From positions 832,001-896,000 of the forward strand of contig OY969696.1 of the NCBI GenBank assembly GCA_963702005.1: a DNA stretch of 64,000 nucleotides, given 5' to 3'. Both the position numbers and the translations under genes were made by a program. How positions within the stretch are numbered: the stretch's first letter is position 1; every line of letters starts with the position of its first letter. Below, in pieces: positions 30,126-39,814 of the stretch. Under the pieces are notes generated by a model. The model made no database searches and had not been told where the DNA came from. It saw only the letters and a list, made by a program, of their open reading frames with translations. Source of the stretch: Candidatus Aminicenantes bacterium (GTDB taxonomy: Bacteria > Acidobacteriota > Aminicenantia > Aminicenantales > JAFGBC01).

Positions 30126-31520
30126 CTACTTGATAAACATGGCCCGGGCCTGGTCGAGGAGGAGGGTCAGGTCGCGGAAGCCGCGGATGCCCAGCACTTT
30201 TTTGATGAGGTAGGAGGGCCGGAGGTAAAAATCGCGCACGGCCTTCTGGCGGAGAGTCCAGATCTCCTCCTTGGTCATGGTCTCGGAGCTGAAAACGGGG
30301 AAGTCCGTGCTGTCGAAGCTCATCATGTCCCGCGCCAGCCAGCCCTTGGCGATGGCTTCCTCCCGCATCTTCGAGCCGATGTCGGGAGTCGGGACCGTGA
30401 AGGAGGCGAAGTCGCAATCGATCGCCTTGGCCAGCTTGATCGTCTCCAGGGTCGACTCGCGCGTCTCGCCGGGCAGCCCGATGATGAAGTAGGCCAGCGT
30501 TTTAATCTTGTGCCGGCGGCAGGTCCGGAAGGCCTCCAGGACCTTGGCCCGGGTCGTCCCCTTGCTGTAGCTGGCCAGAATCTCGTCCTGGGCGCTCTCG
30601 ACGCCCATCATGACCGTGTGGCAGCCGGCTTCGCGCATGGCGGACATCATCTCATCCGAGACGGTCGCGACGTGGGCGTTGGCGATCCAGCCGAAGCCCA
30701 TCCCTTCGGCCTCCATCTTCCCGCACAGTTCGGCGACCCGCTTTCGGGAGACGGTGAAGGTCGGGTCGTTGAACATGATCTCGCGGATGCCCAGCCCGCG
30801 CAGGACGCGGAGCTCCTTGACGACGTTGTCGATGTTCCGCCAGCGATAGGGCATCGAGCCTGCGACGCAGAACCGGCAGGAATAGGGGCAGCCGATCGAG
30901 GTGACGACGAGGGCGAAGGGCCGGCGCCGGGCCAGCGGGCTCCGGTTGAGACCGTGCTTGAAAAGCTCCTGGCGCGGAATCGGGATCGCGAAATCCTGCT
31001 GCTTGGGCCAGCCGGGCATCGGGTCGGGGACGGGCCGCCCCGGCAGGACGAGCGTTTTGAACGGGCCGGGCGCGCCGTCGATGAAGGCGGCGATCTCCGG
31101 ACTGACCAGGTCGAGGATGAGGGCGTCCAGGAACGGGGCCGAGCGCAGGAAATAATCGGCCTCGAACAGGAAGACCGATCCCGATCCGATAAGGAGGCAG
31201 GGGCGTTTGGCCTTGAGCCCTTCGAGAAAGCGGCGGTCGCCGGCCCAGGTCGCGGTCCCGGTCGTGAAGACGACGGCGTCGGGCTCGAAGTCAAGGATGC
31301 GCCGCTCGGCTTCCTCGGCGGTGAGCTTCTCGGCGATGGCGTCGAGGACGGCCAGGTCGAATCCGCCCAGCATCCCGCTCAACAGGACGAGGTCCGAGGG
31401 CGGCCAGTAATAGTTGGCCTTTGAGGAATAGCTCGTGTAGTAGTCGTGGAGGTAGACCTTATCCCCGGGGCAGTGGAGGAGGAGGACCTTCTTGCGGCTC
31501 CGCGCGCCGGCTTCGGCCAT
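30126..31520 (-). CDS. Cobalamin-binding-domain radical SAM protein
   Basis: TSIGCPYSCRFC, FNDPTF, GVES, FIIGLPGET. Start set at 31520, just after the upstream stop. Confidence 0.88.
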   Translation of the reverse strand: MAEAGARSRKKVLLLHCPGDKVYLHDYYTSYSSKANYYWPPSDLVLLSGMLGGFDLAVLDAIAEKLTAEEAERRILDFEPDAVVFTTGTATWAGDRRFLEGLKAKRPCLLIGSGSVFLFEADYFLRSAPFLDALILDLVSPEIAAFIDGAPGPFKTLVLPGRPVPDPMPGWPKQQDFAIPIPRQELFKHGLNRSPLARRRPFALVVTSIGCPYSCRFCVAGSMPYRWRNIDNVVKELRVLRGLGIREIMFNDPTFTVSRKRVAELCGKMEAEGMGFGWIANAHVATVSDEMMSAMREAGCHTVMMGVESAQDEILASYSKGTTRAKVLEAFRTCRRHKIKTLAYFIIGLPGETRESTLETIKLAKAIDCDFASFTVPTPDIGSKMREEAIAKGWLARDMMSFDSTDFPVFSSETMTKEEIWTLRQKAVRDFYLRPSYLIKKVLGIRGFRDLTLLLDQARAMFIK

Positions 31521-31525
31521 GGCCT

Positions 31526-32710
31526 TCACCATCTCGACAGGATGAGCTTGGACAGCCAGTTTCCAAGGAAGAACCGCCGTTTGGGCTGGATGGCTTGTTC
31601 GGGACAGATCTCGTTGCAGCAAAAACAGCGGATGCAGGCGGCGCGGTCGATGACGATCTTGTCGTCGGCCAGGGTCATGGCCTTGACCGGGCAGGAGGCG
31701 ACGCATGTTTTGCAGCGGGTGCACATGGCGCGGGCGACGTGAGGCTCGCTCTTGGTTAAGGCCAGGATGAGCTTGTAGAGCGAGGGGTTGACGACGGCCG
31801 TGGCCGGGAGCTTGAAATTTCGAATCACGCTTCGACGGAGGTCTTCGCCGAGGACCTCGATGTCCTCCAGACGGCCCTGGCCCAGGCCGGCCTTGGCGCA
31901 GAGCTTCGTCGTCAGGACTTTCTCGGCCGGGACGCCGATGAGCTCGGAGGCGACCGCGTCGGCGGCCACGCCGTCCGCGCCGGCGATGATGAAGCCGGTT
32001 GAGACCAGGTTTCCCGCCGAAGGGCCGTTTCCCTCCATGGCGTCGACGGCGTCGAAAATCGTGAGCCCGGGCCGGATGATCCCGTACAGGTCGCGGACGA
32101 CCGTGTAGAACTCGGACGGCCGAGGGGCGAGGCGGTGGAAGTCGGCCTTGATCTGGCCGGGGATCGTCCCGTACATGTTTTTGACCGCGCCGGTGATGAC
32201 GTTGGCGAAGGTGTGGGTCTTGAGCTTGGGGAGGGACACGACGAGGTCGGCGTCGAGGACGGCCCGGGCGACCGGGATCCGAGGGACGTAAGGATTGTTG
32301 ACCGGGAGCCGGGTCGCGTCGGCGAGGTCGAAGTTGACGAGCTTGGCGCCGATCTCGCGGGCGATCTCCTCGAGGCCGCTCTTCGCGAGCGAGGCCTTGG
32401 TAAAGCTGACGCCGGCTTGACTCCCCGCCGCGCTCTCGCCGATCGTGACCTCGGCGCCCTTCTCCAGGAACAGCTCGGCCACGGCCCGGATGAACAGCGA
32501 GTGGGTGTTGGCCGGGAACCCGGCCGGCTTGGGCATCATCAGGTTGGGCTTGAGCAGGACCTTGCGGCCCCCGGAGAGGAAGGATCCGATCCCGCCGATG
32601 AGGTCGAGGGCGGCCCGGATCGCCCGTTTGAGGACGGGCAGGTCGTAAGCCGCGCACTTGACCAGGGCGACGCGGCTCTTCAGCGCGGGACGTTTCGGAT
32701 GATCATTCAT
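31526..32710 (-). CDS. DUF362 domain protein with a C-terminal 2x[4Fe-4S] ferredoxin domain
   Basis: VLLKPNL, LPKLKTH, GAVKNMYG, MEGNGP; CTRCKTCVASCP and CIRCFCCNEICP. Confidence 0.92.
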   Translation of the reverse strand: MNDHPKRPALKSRVALVKCAAYDLPVLKRAIRAALDLIGGIGSFLSGGRKVLLKPNLMMPKPAGFPANTHSLFIRAVAELFLEKGAEVTIGESAAGSQAGVSFTKASLAKSGLEEIAREIGAKLVNFDLADATRLPVNNPYVPRIPVARAVLDADLVVSLPKLKTHTFANVITGAVKNMYGTIPGQIKADFHRLAPRPSEFYTVVRDLYGIIRPGLTIFDAVDAMEGNGPSAGNLVSTGFIIAGADGVAADAVASELIGVPAEKVLTTKLCAKAGLGQGRLEDIEVLGEDLRRSVIRNFKLPATAVVNPSLYKLILALTKSEPHVARAMCTRCKTCVASCPVKAMTLADDKIVIDRAACIRCFCCNEICPEQAIQPKRRFFLGNWLSKLILSRW

Positions 32711-32859
32711 GATTGTGACCTCGGCCGGAATCTCTGTTTATATAACAGACGGCCGAAGCCAAGTCAAATAATAAGCAGGCTCCGGAAATGTCGTTCCTGG
32801 CTTCGGTTGACACCTCTTCTGTCCGATGCTATGGTTTGATTATCTCAGGACAAAAACGA

Positions 32860-34110
32860 TTGCGATTCCCCTTTTTTCGCCGAAAGCGGACGGCGGCCCC
32901 TTCCGACGCCGACGGGACTAACGTCCGGGAGATGACGCCTCGGGCTTCCCTCGAAGAGCTCAACGCTGCGGCCGATAAATACTACGCGCAGCGAGAGGAC
33001 GGCGTTTATTTTCTCGCCAAACCCCTGGCGGCGATCCATGAGACCCCCTTGATCCTCATCCAGTTCGGGAAGCTCCTCCAGGGACTCCAGCTCCTGCCGG
33101 ATCATCATGTCCTGGATTTCGGCGCGGGCTCCTGCTGGACGTCGCGCTGGATGACGCAGCTTGGCTGCAAGGTCTTCGCGCTCGACGTGTCTGCGGCCGC
33201 CCTGCGGATCGGGGCCCGGCTGTTCGAGGTCTTGCCCGTCGTCGGGGATCACCATCCTCCGGTCTTCCTGCCCTACGACGGCCGCACCATCCCTCTCGCC
33301 GACGAATCGGTCGACCGCATCTGCTGTTTCGATGCTTTCCATCATGTCGTCAACCCCGAAGAGGTGCTCCGAGAAATGGCCAGGGTCCTGAGGCCGGGGG
33401 GAATCGCCGGATTCGCCGAGCCGGGGCCCAACCATTCGCGCCTCCCCCAGTCTCTGGCCGAGATGGAGGATTTCAAGGTCATCGAGAACGACATCATCAT
33501 CGAACAGATAGGAGACATAGCTCGCCAAGCCGGTTTCAGCGACATGAAGGTTGCCCTTTTCGACGGCGGATTCCGGACCTTCTCGGTCGACACATTCAAC
33601 GATTTTGTCCACGGCAGCGAAGCAATGACCGCGACGATCGTCGCCGGCATGCGGGACTTTCTGCAGACATGCCGGATATTTTTCCTGGCCAAAGGCGAGC
33701 CGCCGGCGCCGGACAGCCGCACGCGAGTCGGCCTGACGGCGGACATCCGGATTGATATCGACAACCGCCGAGTGCGTCATGAGGCGGGAATGGTCAGCGG
33801 ACTGGCGCGCGTCAAGAATTCCAGCCCCTTGACCTGGCTGCCCGCGACGACGCGCGTCGGCGCCGTCCATTTGGGATGCCATCTTCTGAGCGCGGACGGG
33901 CAGATGATCTCTTATGATTTTTTCCGGACGAGCTTGACTCCGGGCATCGATCGGCCCCTGGCTCCGGGGGAAGAGGTCGAGGTCAGGCTCGAGATTCCCG
34001 TCCCCCCGCCCGGCGCCTGCGTCCTTGAGTTCGACATGGTCAGCGAGTGGGTCTGCTGGTTCTCGTTCAACGGATCGCCGACGGTGAAAGTGAACCTGGA
34101 GATCATTTAG
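32860..34110 (+). CDS. Class I SAM-dependent methyltransferase with a C-terminal Ig-like domain
   Basis: VLDFGAG, CFDAFHH, RVLRPGG. Start uncertain (32860 or 32932). Confidence 0.85.
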   Translation: MRFPFFRRKRTAAPSDADGTNVREMTPRASLEELNAAADKYYAQREDGVYFLAKPLAAIHETPLILIQFGKLLQGLQLLPDHHVLDFGAGSCWTSRWMTQLGCKVFALDVSAAALRIGARLFEVLPVVGDHHPPVFLPYDGRTIPLADESVDRICCFDAFHHVVNPEEVLREMARVLRPGGIAGFAEPGPNHSRLPQSLAEMEDFKVIENDIIIEQIGDIARQAGFSDMKVALFDGGFRTFSVDTFNDFVHGSEAMTATIVAGMRDFLQTCRIFFLAKGEPPAPDSRTRVGLTADIRIDIDNRRVRHEAGMVSGLARVKNSSPLTWLPATTRVGAVHLGCHLLSADGQMISYDFFRTSLTPGIDRPLAPGEEVEVRLEIPVPPPGACVLEFDMVSEWVCWFSFNGSPTVKVNLEII

Positions 34111-34235
34111 TCTGGACCGTCTCGATAAAAGCCGCGCGGATTAATGACCGGCCCGGCCCCTATTTCCGCCTCAGATACTCGTAGGCCCTGCTCGCCAGCC
34201 CAATTCTCTTTCGGAGCGGAGCTCCGCGCCTCAGC

Positions 34236-34883
34236 TCAGTTCCTTTTCGTACAGACGAACAATATATGCGGGTAGCATTGGCCGCGGCCGAGCGGGACAA
34301 CCTGGACTTTGAAGCCGATCCCCTCCAGGAGGCGGGTGTAGTCCTCCCGGTTCCGGAAATAGAACTTGCTCCCGAGCGTGAACCCGATGATCTTGACCGA
34401 GACCGTCTCTTGAAAATAGTTCCAAGCGTATTTCCGGCGGGGCCGGGTGTCCATATCCTTGAGGAGGAGGACACCGCCGGGGCGGAGCGCGGCGAAGGCG
34501 CGCCGTAAAATCCGCTCCTGGACATCACAGGGAATCAGGTAGAGGACGTCGATGATCGAGACGATGTCGGCCGGTGGATATTCGGCCTCGGCGATGTTCC
34601 CTTCGCTGAACGAGAGGCGCTCGAACCGCTTCTCGAGGAGCCGAGCCTGTATGATCTTCTTGGGATCGAGATCGATGCCGACGACGGCCCGCTCCGGCGA
34701 GCCGAGTTTGAGGAGCGAAGAGAAAAAACCGTTACCGCATCCTAAATCGAGGACCGTCCCGCGCGCCGGGAAATGGGACTCGACCGCCAGCAGGGGGCAG
34801 ATCCGGAGCTTGATCGCGATGTAGAGCCGGCTCCCGAACGAGCTCTTCCGGAAGAGGCGGAGGACGTTTTTTCTTGTCAGCAC
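34236..34883 (-). CDS. Class I SAM-dependent methyltransferase
   Basis: VLDLGCGNG, IDVLYLI, ALRPGG. Confidence 0.88.
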   Translation of the reverse strand: MLTRKNVLRLFRKSSFGSRLYIAIKLRICPLLAVESHFPARGTVLDLGCGNGFFSSLLKLGSPERAVVGIDLDPKKIIQARLLEKRFERLSFSEGNIAEAEYPPADIVSIIDVLYLIPCDVQERILRRAFAALRPGGVLLLKDMDTRPRRKYAWNYFQETVSVKIIGFTLGSKFYFRNREDYTRLLEGIGFKVQVVPLGRGQCYPHILFVCTKRN

Positions 34884-34890
34884 CGCGGCC

Positions 34891-36783
34891 TCAAGCTTTC
34901 AGGTAGTGGTCGTGCCAGAACTGGAAGATGATGAGCGGCCAAAGCAGCTGGCGGTGGTTGTGGCTTCCGTCCATGTGCTCCTTGAGGATGCGCTGGACGT
35001 AGTCGGCGTCGAAATAGCCGTGGCCGCGGAGCCGGTCCGGCGCCAAAACGTCCCGGACGAAATCGCAGAGCTCCTCCCGGATCCAAACGCCGAGGGGGAT
35101 GTCGAACCCGATCTTGGGGCGCTTCAGGATGGCCGGCGGCAGGCTTGGCCCGACGGCCTTCTTGAGGATGTATTTCGTTTCCATTCCCTTGAGCTTGAGC
35201 CGGCTGGGGACGGCCGTCGCGAAATCGATGAAGGTGTAGTCGAGGAAGGGGACGCGGATCTCGAGCGAGTTGGCCATGCTCATCCGGTCGACCTTGACCA
35301 GGAGGTCGTCCTGGAGGTAGAGCTTGAGGTCCAGGTAGCAGATCCGGTCGAGCGGGTCGGCGGCTTCGTCGTTGCGGAGGTGGAAGGCGATCGGCGCGAA
35401 GGGATCCTCATGAACCGCGGCCGAGAGCTCGGGGGAGAGAAGGCGGCTTTTCTCGTCCGGCGGGTAGGCCCCCCACCAGATCGTATTGGCGACCTCGGGC
35501 GGATAGTCGATCCCCGAGATGAACTTCTTGGCCTTGAACTCGAAGCTCAGCCGCTTGGCCGAGGCGGGAAGACTCCGGACGAAGGGCTTAACGAGGCCGT
35601 TCCGGATGAGACGAGGCACCTTCCGATAGAAGCGGGCCCACTTGAACGCTTTGTAGGTGTCGTAGCCGCCGAAGAGCTCGTCGCCGCCGTCGCCGGCCAG
35701 GGCGACCGTGACGTACTCGCGGGCCAGCTTGGAGATGATGTAGGTCGGTATGATCGAGGCGTCGGCCAGGGGCTCGTCGAGATACTTCATGAGGACGGGC
35801 ACCAGCTCCTTGACCAGGGTCGACTCGACCACGAACTCCTTGTGCTTGGTGTTGAAACGACGGGCGACCTCGCGGGCGTAGCCGAGCTCGTCGAAGCTTT
35901 TTTCCTTGAAACCGATCGAGAAGGTCTTGATCTCGGAGGCGGCGGCGACCTCTGCCATCAAGGCCGTGACCGTGCTCGAGTCCATCCCGCCGCTCAGGAA
36001 AACGCCGAGCGGAACGTCGCTGATGAGCCGCATCCGGACCGATTCCTTGAGCCGGGCGCGGAGCTCGGCGGCGATCGTCTCCTCGCTCCGGGCGTCGTCG
36101 GGCGAGACGCGGTAGCGGACGTCCCAATAAGGCCGGACTTCGCGGCCCTTGGGTCCGACGATCATGATGTGGCCGGGCAGGAGCTTGCGGATGCCCTTGA
36201 AGATCGTCCGCGGCGCGGGGATGTACTCGAAGGTGACGTACTGGGACAGGGCCTCGAGGTCGATCTCGCGGGGGCAGCCGGCCCTCAGGACGGCCTTGAT
36301 CTCGGAGCCGAAGACGAGGCGATCCCCGTCTTCCCAGTAGTGAAGCGGCTTGACGCCGATCCGGTCCCGGGTCAGGATGAACGTCCGCGTCCGCTTGTCC
36401 CAGAGGGCGATCGCGAACATGCCGTTGAGCTTATGGACGAAGTCGGCGCCGTGCTCCTCGTAGAGGTGGACGATGACCTCGGTGTCGGCCTTGGTCGCGA
36501 AGCGGTGGCCCTTGGCCTCGAGCTCGGCCTTGAGGACGGGGAAGTTGTAGATCTCGCCGTTGTAAACGGTCCAGACGGACTTGTCCTCGTTCGAGATGGG
36601 CTGATGGCCGGTCGCAAGGTCGATGATGCTCAGACGCCGCATGCCCAGGGCGACCGAGTCGTCGAAGTAGTAGCCGTCGTCGTCAGGGCCGCGGTGGACG
36701 ATGGCGTCGCACATGGAGCGGACGAGGCGCTCGTCGGACGGGTCCCGTCCCTTGAGATAGTGGATGCCGCAAATCCCACACAT
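34891..36783 (-). CDS. asnB: Asparagine synthase (glutamine-hydrolysing)-family amidotransferase
   Basis: N-terminal MCGI, HRGPD, RRLSIID, NGEIYN, FLSGGMDSS, GDGGDELFGGY. Confidence 0.93.
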   Translation of the reverse strand: MCGICGIHYLKGRDPSDERLVRSMCDAIVHRGPDDDGYYFDDSVALGMRRLSIIDLATGHQPISNEDKSVWTVYNGEIYNFPVLKAELEAKGHRFATKADTEVIVHLYEEHGADFVHKLNGMFAIALWDKRTRTFILTRDRIGVKPLHYWEDGDRLVFGSEIKAVLRAGCPREIDLEALSQYVTFEYIPAPRTIFKGIRKLLPGHIMIVGPKGREVRPYWDVRYRVSPDDARSEETIAAELRARLKESVRMRLISDVPLGVFLSGGMDSSTVTALMAEVAAASEIKTFSIGFKEKSFDELGYAREVARRFNTKHKEFVVESTLVKELVPVLMKYLDEPLADASIIPTYIISKLAREYVTVALAGDGGDELFGGYDTYKAFKWARFYRKVPRLIRNGLVKPFVRSLPASAKRLSFEFKAKKFISGIDYPPEVANTIWWGAYPPDEKSRLLSPELSAAVHEDPFAPIAFHLRNDEAADPLDRICYLDLKLYLQDDLLVKVDRMSMANSLEIRVPFLDYTFIDFATAVPSRLKLKGMETKYILKKAVGPSLPPAILKRPKIGFDIPLGVWIREELCDFVRDVLAPDRLRGHGYFDADYVQRILKEHMDGSHNHRQLLWPLIIFQFWHDHYLKA

Positions 36784-36848
36784 GTCCCCTCATTTTATCC
36801 CAAATCGCTCCGGCGCGGCCAATTGAAAATTCGGTGACGCTTATCGGT

Positions 36849-37181
36849 TTACCGTATCGCGTAGCGCCGCGGCTCGTTGAAGAAGGTTACGTCCGCGTAT
36901 CCGCGATATATCTTTCCGGAATGCTTGACGCCCGAGGGGATGTAATATCGATCGCCCTTGCTGAAAGTCCGCTTCTCGCCGCCGATCGTCAGGTCGATCC
37001 GGCCTTCGAGGACTATCCCCACTTGAGCCGCGTGCGCGTGCTCGGGCAGGTCGACGTCCTCCTCGAATTCCATGAAGATGATCTGGTGGGTCGCTGCCTG
37101 CGAGAGATAGGCCCTGACTCCCTTAAAAGGGATATCGGCTTCGGGAAGGTTCCTGATCGGTTCGGGAAATATCGGTTCCAT
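36849..37181 (-). CDS. Cupin domain protein
   Basis: PEHAH..Q.G.V.EG and GD..YIPSGVKH cupin motifs. Confidence 0.9.
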   Translation of the reverse strand: MEPIFPEPIRNLPEADIPFKGVRAYLSQAATHQIIFMEFEEDVDLPEHAHAAQVGIVLEGRIDLTIGGEKRTFSKGDRYYIPSGVKHSGKIYRGYADVTFFNEPRRYAIR

Positions 37182-37200
37182 TATCGTCTCCTTCGCGCGA

Positions 37201-38373
37201 TCAGCGGCCCTTGAGAAGCGGCAGTACCCTGTCGATCGGCAACGCCTCGGCCCGGTTGCCGTCGCGCCCGACCGTCGTCCGGGCCGCGAACAGGGAATTG
37301 TAGATCGCCTCCTCGGTCGCCTCCTCGACGGCGCGGAACAGGTCGCTCATCGAGTCGTTGGCGATAAGAGCGGGCATCTCGACCGTCTCCCCCCGGCCGA
37401 AGTGGGGGATTGTATAGGCGGTGCTGAAGGCGATAGCGTAGTCGCCCGAGCCGTTCGTCATATGGGTCGTGGTTCGTCCCATGCCGATAAAGGCCCGCTT
37501 AGCCAGGCGCTCCAGATTGCGCTCGGAGAGGGGCGCGTCGGTGGCGACGACGATCATACAGGAGCCGTCGCCGGAGGATGCTCCCGGCGGCAGGCCCGCT
37601 TCCTTCTTCTCCAGGCGCAGCTTCCGGTTGACGGGAACTCCGAGCATGACGAGCTCGCTCCCGAAATTCGTCTGGACCAGGACGCCGACCGTGTAGCGCT
37701 TTCCGCCCCAATCGTCGGTCACGCGGGACGAGGTGCCGATGCCGCCCTTCCAGCCCAGGGCGATCGTCCCGGCGCCGGCGCCGACGCAGCCCTCGGCTAC
37801 CGGGCCATCCTTGGCCGCACGGATCGCCTCCAGAACGTCCTCCTTGCGGACGTGGAGGCCGCGGATGTCGTTGAGGGTTCCGTCGTTGGTTTCGCCCACG
37901 ACGGCGTTAACCGAGCGCACGTCCTCGCAGCCGGGCTGCTCGAGCGTATAGCGGACAACCGCTTCCATGGCGGTGCCGACGCTAAGAGTATTGGTCAGGA
38001 TGATGGGAGTCTCAATATTGCCCAACTCGCGAACCTGGGTGTATCCGGCCAGCTTCCCGAATCCATTAAAGACATGGATAGCCGCCGGCGCCTTCTGCAG
38101 GAAGATATTTCTCCCGTGGGGAAGAACAGCCGTGACGCCCGTGCGCACGGAATCGCCCTTGATGATCGTAACGTGACCGACCTTCACCCCGGCCACGTCC
38201 GTGATGGCGTTCAGCGGGCCGGTGGGCATGACCCCGGTGATAAGCCCTAGGGCGCGCGGCCGCGGCCGGGCGGCGTCTTCGGCGCTCGTTCCCGGCGAGG
38301 GCCCGAGGATGGAGAAGCAGGCGATGAGAACGATGACGCCAACGAAAGCCGCTTGTCTTGGTTTCCCGTTCAT
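37201..38373 (-). CDS. DmpA/P1 family aminopeptidase with a signal peptide
   Basis: GPLNAITDVAGVKVGH, VVGETND, KGGIGTSSR, GDG/SCMIVVATDAPL autoprocessing site, NGSGD. Confidence 0.93.
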   Translation of the reverse strand: MNGKPRQAAFVGVIVLIACFSILGPSPGTSAEDAARPRPRALGLITGVMPTGPLNAITDVAGVKVGHVTIIKGDSVRTGVTAVLPHGRNIFLQKAPAAIHVFNGFGKLAGYTQVRELGNIETPIILTNTLSVGTAMEAVVRYTLEQPGCEDVRSVNAVVGETNDGTLNDIRGLHVRKEDVLEAIRAAKDGPVAEGCVGAGAGTIALGWKGGIGTSSRVTDDWGGKRYTVGVLVQTNFGSELVMLGVPVNRKLRLEKKEAGLPPGASSGDGSCMIVVATDAPLSERNLERLAKRAFIGMGRTTTHMTNGSGDYAIAFSTAYTIPHFGRGETVEMPALIANDSMSDLFRAVEEATEEAIYNSLFAARTTVGRDGNRAEALPIDRVLPLLKGR

Positions 38374-38409
38374 GAAAGAATTATTCGACGGCGCGCCCCG
38401 ACTTGTCAA

Positions 38410-39130
38410 CCCACCTGATCTGTTCTCTTTTATTCTAAGATAAGTTATTTGGAGTGAATAACGTCAAGGATTATTTCATCAAAACCAAGTCCTGGTAGTA
38501 AAGTTGCATCAAGCGCAAGCGTTAGTGACTCTCGGATTGATTGTGGAATGCGTTTTGCTTTGACCGCAATAGATTCATGAAGTGCAGCTAAGACTTCTTC
38601 TGAATTTAGTGAACGCTCGGCTGAGCCAGTATAGCTGAGCTGGCTCCACAAAGCTTGATCTGTTCCGCTTGAGGGAGATTAGACAGATCGGAAAGAAGCC
38701 TTCCACATGATCCGCAATACACCTGCCGTTCTGAGACATTATTCTTTTCAGCTACTGACATATAAGCCTTCTTACTTTGTTCAATAAATATCTTTTCTTC
38801 CGACCCGATTAATCGTCATTCCTACAATAATAGCTACGTGTTCAGGCTTGTAGCCCCGCTTAAGTAAGGATAGGCCTTGAGACACGCGGATTGTATTAGA
38901 TGATCCAAATTCTGGAGGCCGGAAATCTGCTAGAACTAACCTCTCCCCAAGAATATTGTAAATAAAGCATAATAATTTCTTGGTTTGATTACAAGCCTGC
39001 CTTTTCCATGTGTCTAATATAAATATCATTGACCGAAGCACAATTGAGGCCACCATAGGCACCGACGAGTCATCAAAGGTGGAGATAGATGAGGTCAGGG
39101 AGAGGCTTTGGATAAAAGGCCCTTGGGATT
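38410..39130. other. AT-rich segment with gene-like fragments (probable relic of foreign DNA)
   Basis: Abrupt drop in GC content; only short ORFs (38445-38651, 38781-39062) with AT-rich codons. Confidence 0.6.
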
Positions 39131-39511
39131 TCAGTCTGGGCGGAAGACTTCGAGATCCAATTCCTTAATCATCCGGTAATGGCGGTCGTTGGCGGTCAGG
39201 AGGGATTCCCCGTGGACGATGGCCGTCGAGCAGATTAGGGCGTCGGGCAGGGTCAGGCTCTTGCTCAGGAAATGCCGCTCGATGTAGAAGATCGCTTTGG
39301 CCGAGATGTCTTCGCTGATATAGAGAAGCCGGGCGTTCCAGGCCCGGAACGCCTTCCTCAAGTCCTGAAGCTCCCGCTTGTTTCTCATTCCCTGGAGGAG
39401 TTCCGCGTAGGAAACGGCCGAAACGGCCAATGTCCGTCCCCTTTCGATGGCGGCGCGGGCCTTGCGGTTGCCCCGCATGTACCAGATCAGGACGTCGGTA
39501 TCGACGATCAT
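39131..39511 (-). CDS. vapC: VapC-family PIN-domain toxin
   Basis: IVDTDVLI, ELLQG, PDALI, TAND acidic positions; ATGA overlap with the antitoxin gene. Confidence 0.9.
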   Translation of the reverse strand: MIVDTDVLIWYMRGNRKARAAIERGRTLAVSAVSYAELLQGMRNKRELQDLRKAFRAWNARLLYISEDISAKAIFYIERHFLSKSLTLPDALICSTAIVHGESLLTANDRHYRMIKELDLEVFRPD

Positions 39512-39750
39512 TCGAAGCGGCCTTTCCTGATCTTGCGAACGTACCCGTTGACGTCGGCGACGGCGGGATTGTCCTTCCACATCCCGAAAAGCCCGAGCTC
39601 CGCAGGAGCCGAGGGCGTTTCCCGCTCTTTGAAGGGAATGATTTTCGCCCTGGGCTGGCCCCGGAAGGTAATCACGACCTCTTCCCCCCGGGAGACGGCA
39701 TCCAGAATTTCCTTGGAGTGAAACCTCATGTCTTTGGCTGTCGCGCGCAT
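39508..39750 (-). CDS. Phd/YefM-family antitoxin
   Basis: AKDMRFHSKEILDAVSRGEEVVITFRGQPRAKIIP Phd signature. Confidence 0.9.
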   Translation of the reverse strand: MRATAKDMRFHSKEILDAVSRGEEVVITFRGQPRAKIIPFKERETPSAPAELGLFGMWKDNPAVADVNGYVRKIRKGRFE

Positions 39751-39769
39751 AGTCGCTCGGCTTTCGATA

Positions 39770-39814
39770 ATAGTTGACATTATGAAATGTAAACTATCAA
39801 CAAGCCCTTGTCAA
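39770..39814 (-). promoter_or_regulatory. TA promoter (TTGACA-17-TACATT) with an operator palindrome
   Basis: ATAGTTGACATT-4 nt-AATGTAAACTAT (39770-39797) covers the -10 box. Confidence 0.7.

Noticed and set aside
31521-32657. N-terminal 380-aa extension of the 843-aa ORF 30126-32657
   Set aside because: Arg/Pro/Gly-rich off-frame read of the DUF362 gene; the radical SAM protein starts near 31520.
34891-36783. asnB as a lasso-peptide cyclase, or the radical SAM/SPASM gene as a RiPP maturase
   Set aside because: AsnB keeps its N-terminal Cys glutaminase domain; no B-protein, RRE or precursor peptide is visible, and the context is glycan modification.
38781-39062. 93-aa ORF in the AT-rich segment as a real gene
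   Set aside because: No RBS, no recognisable motif, atypical composition.
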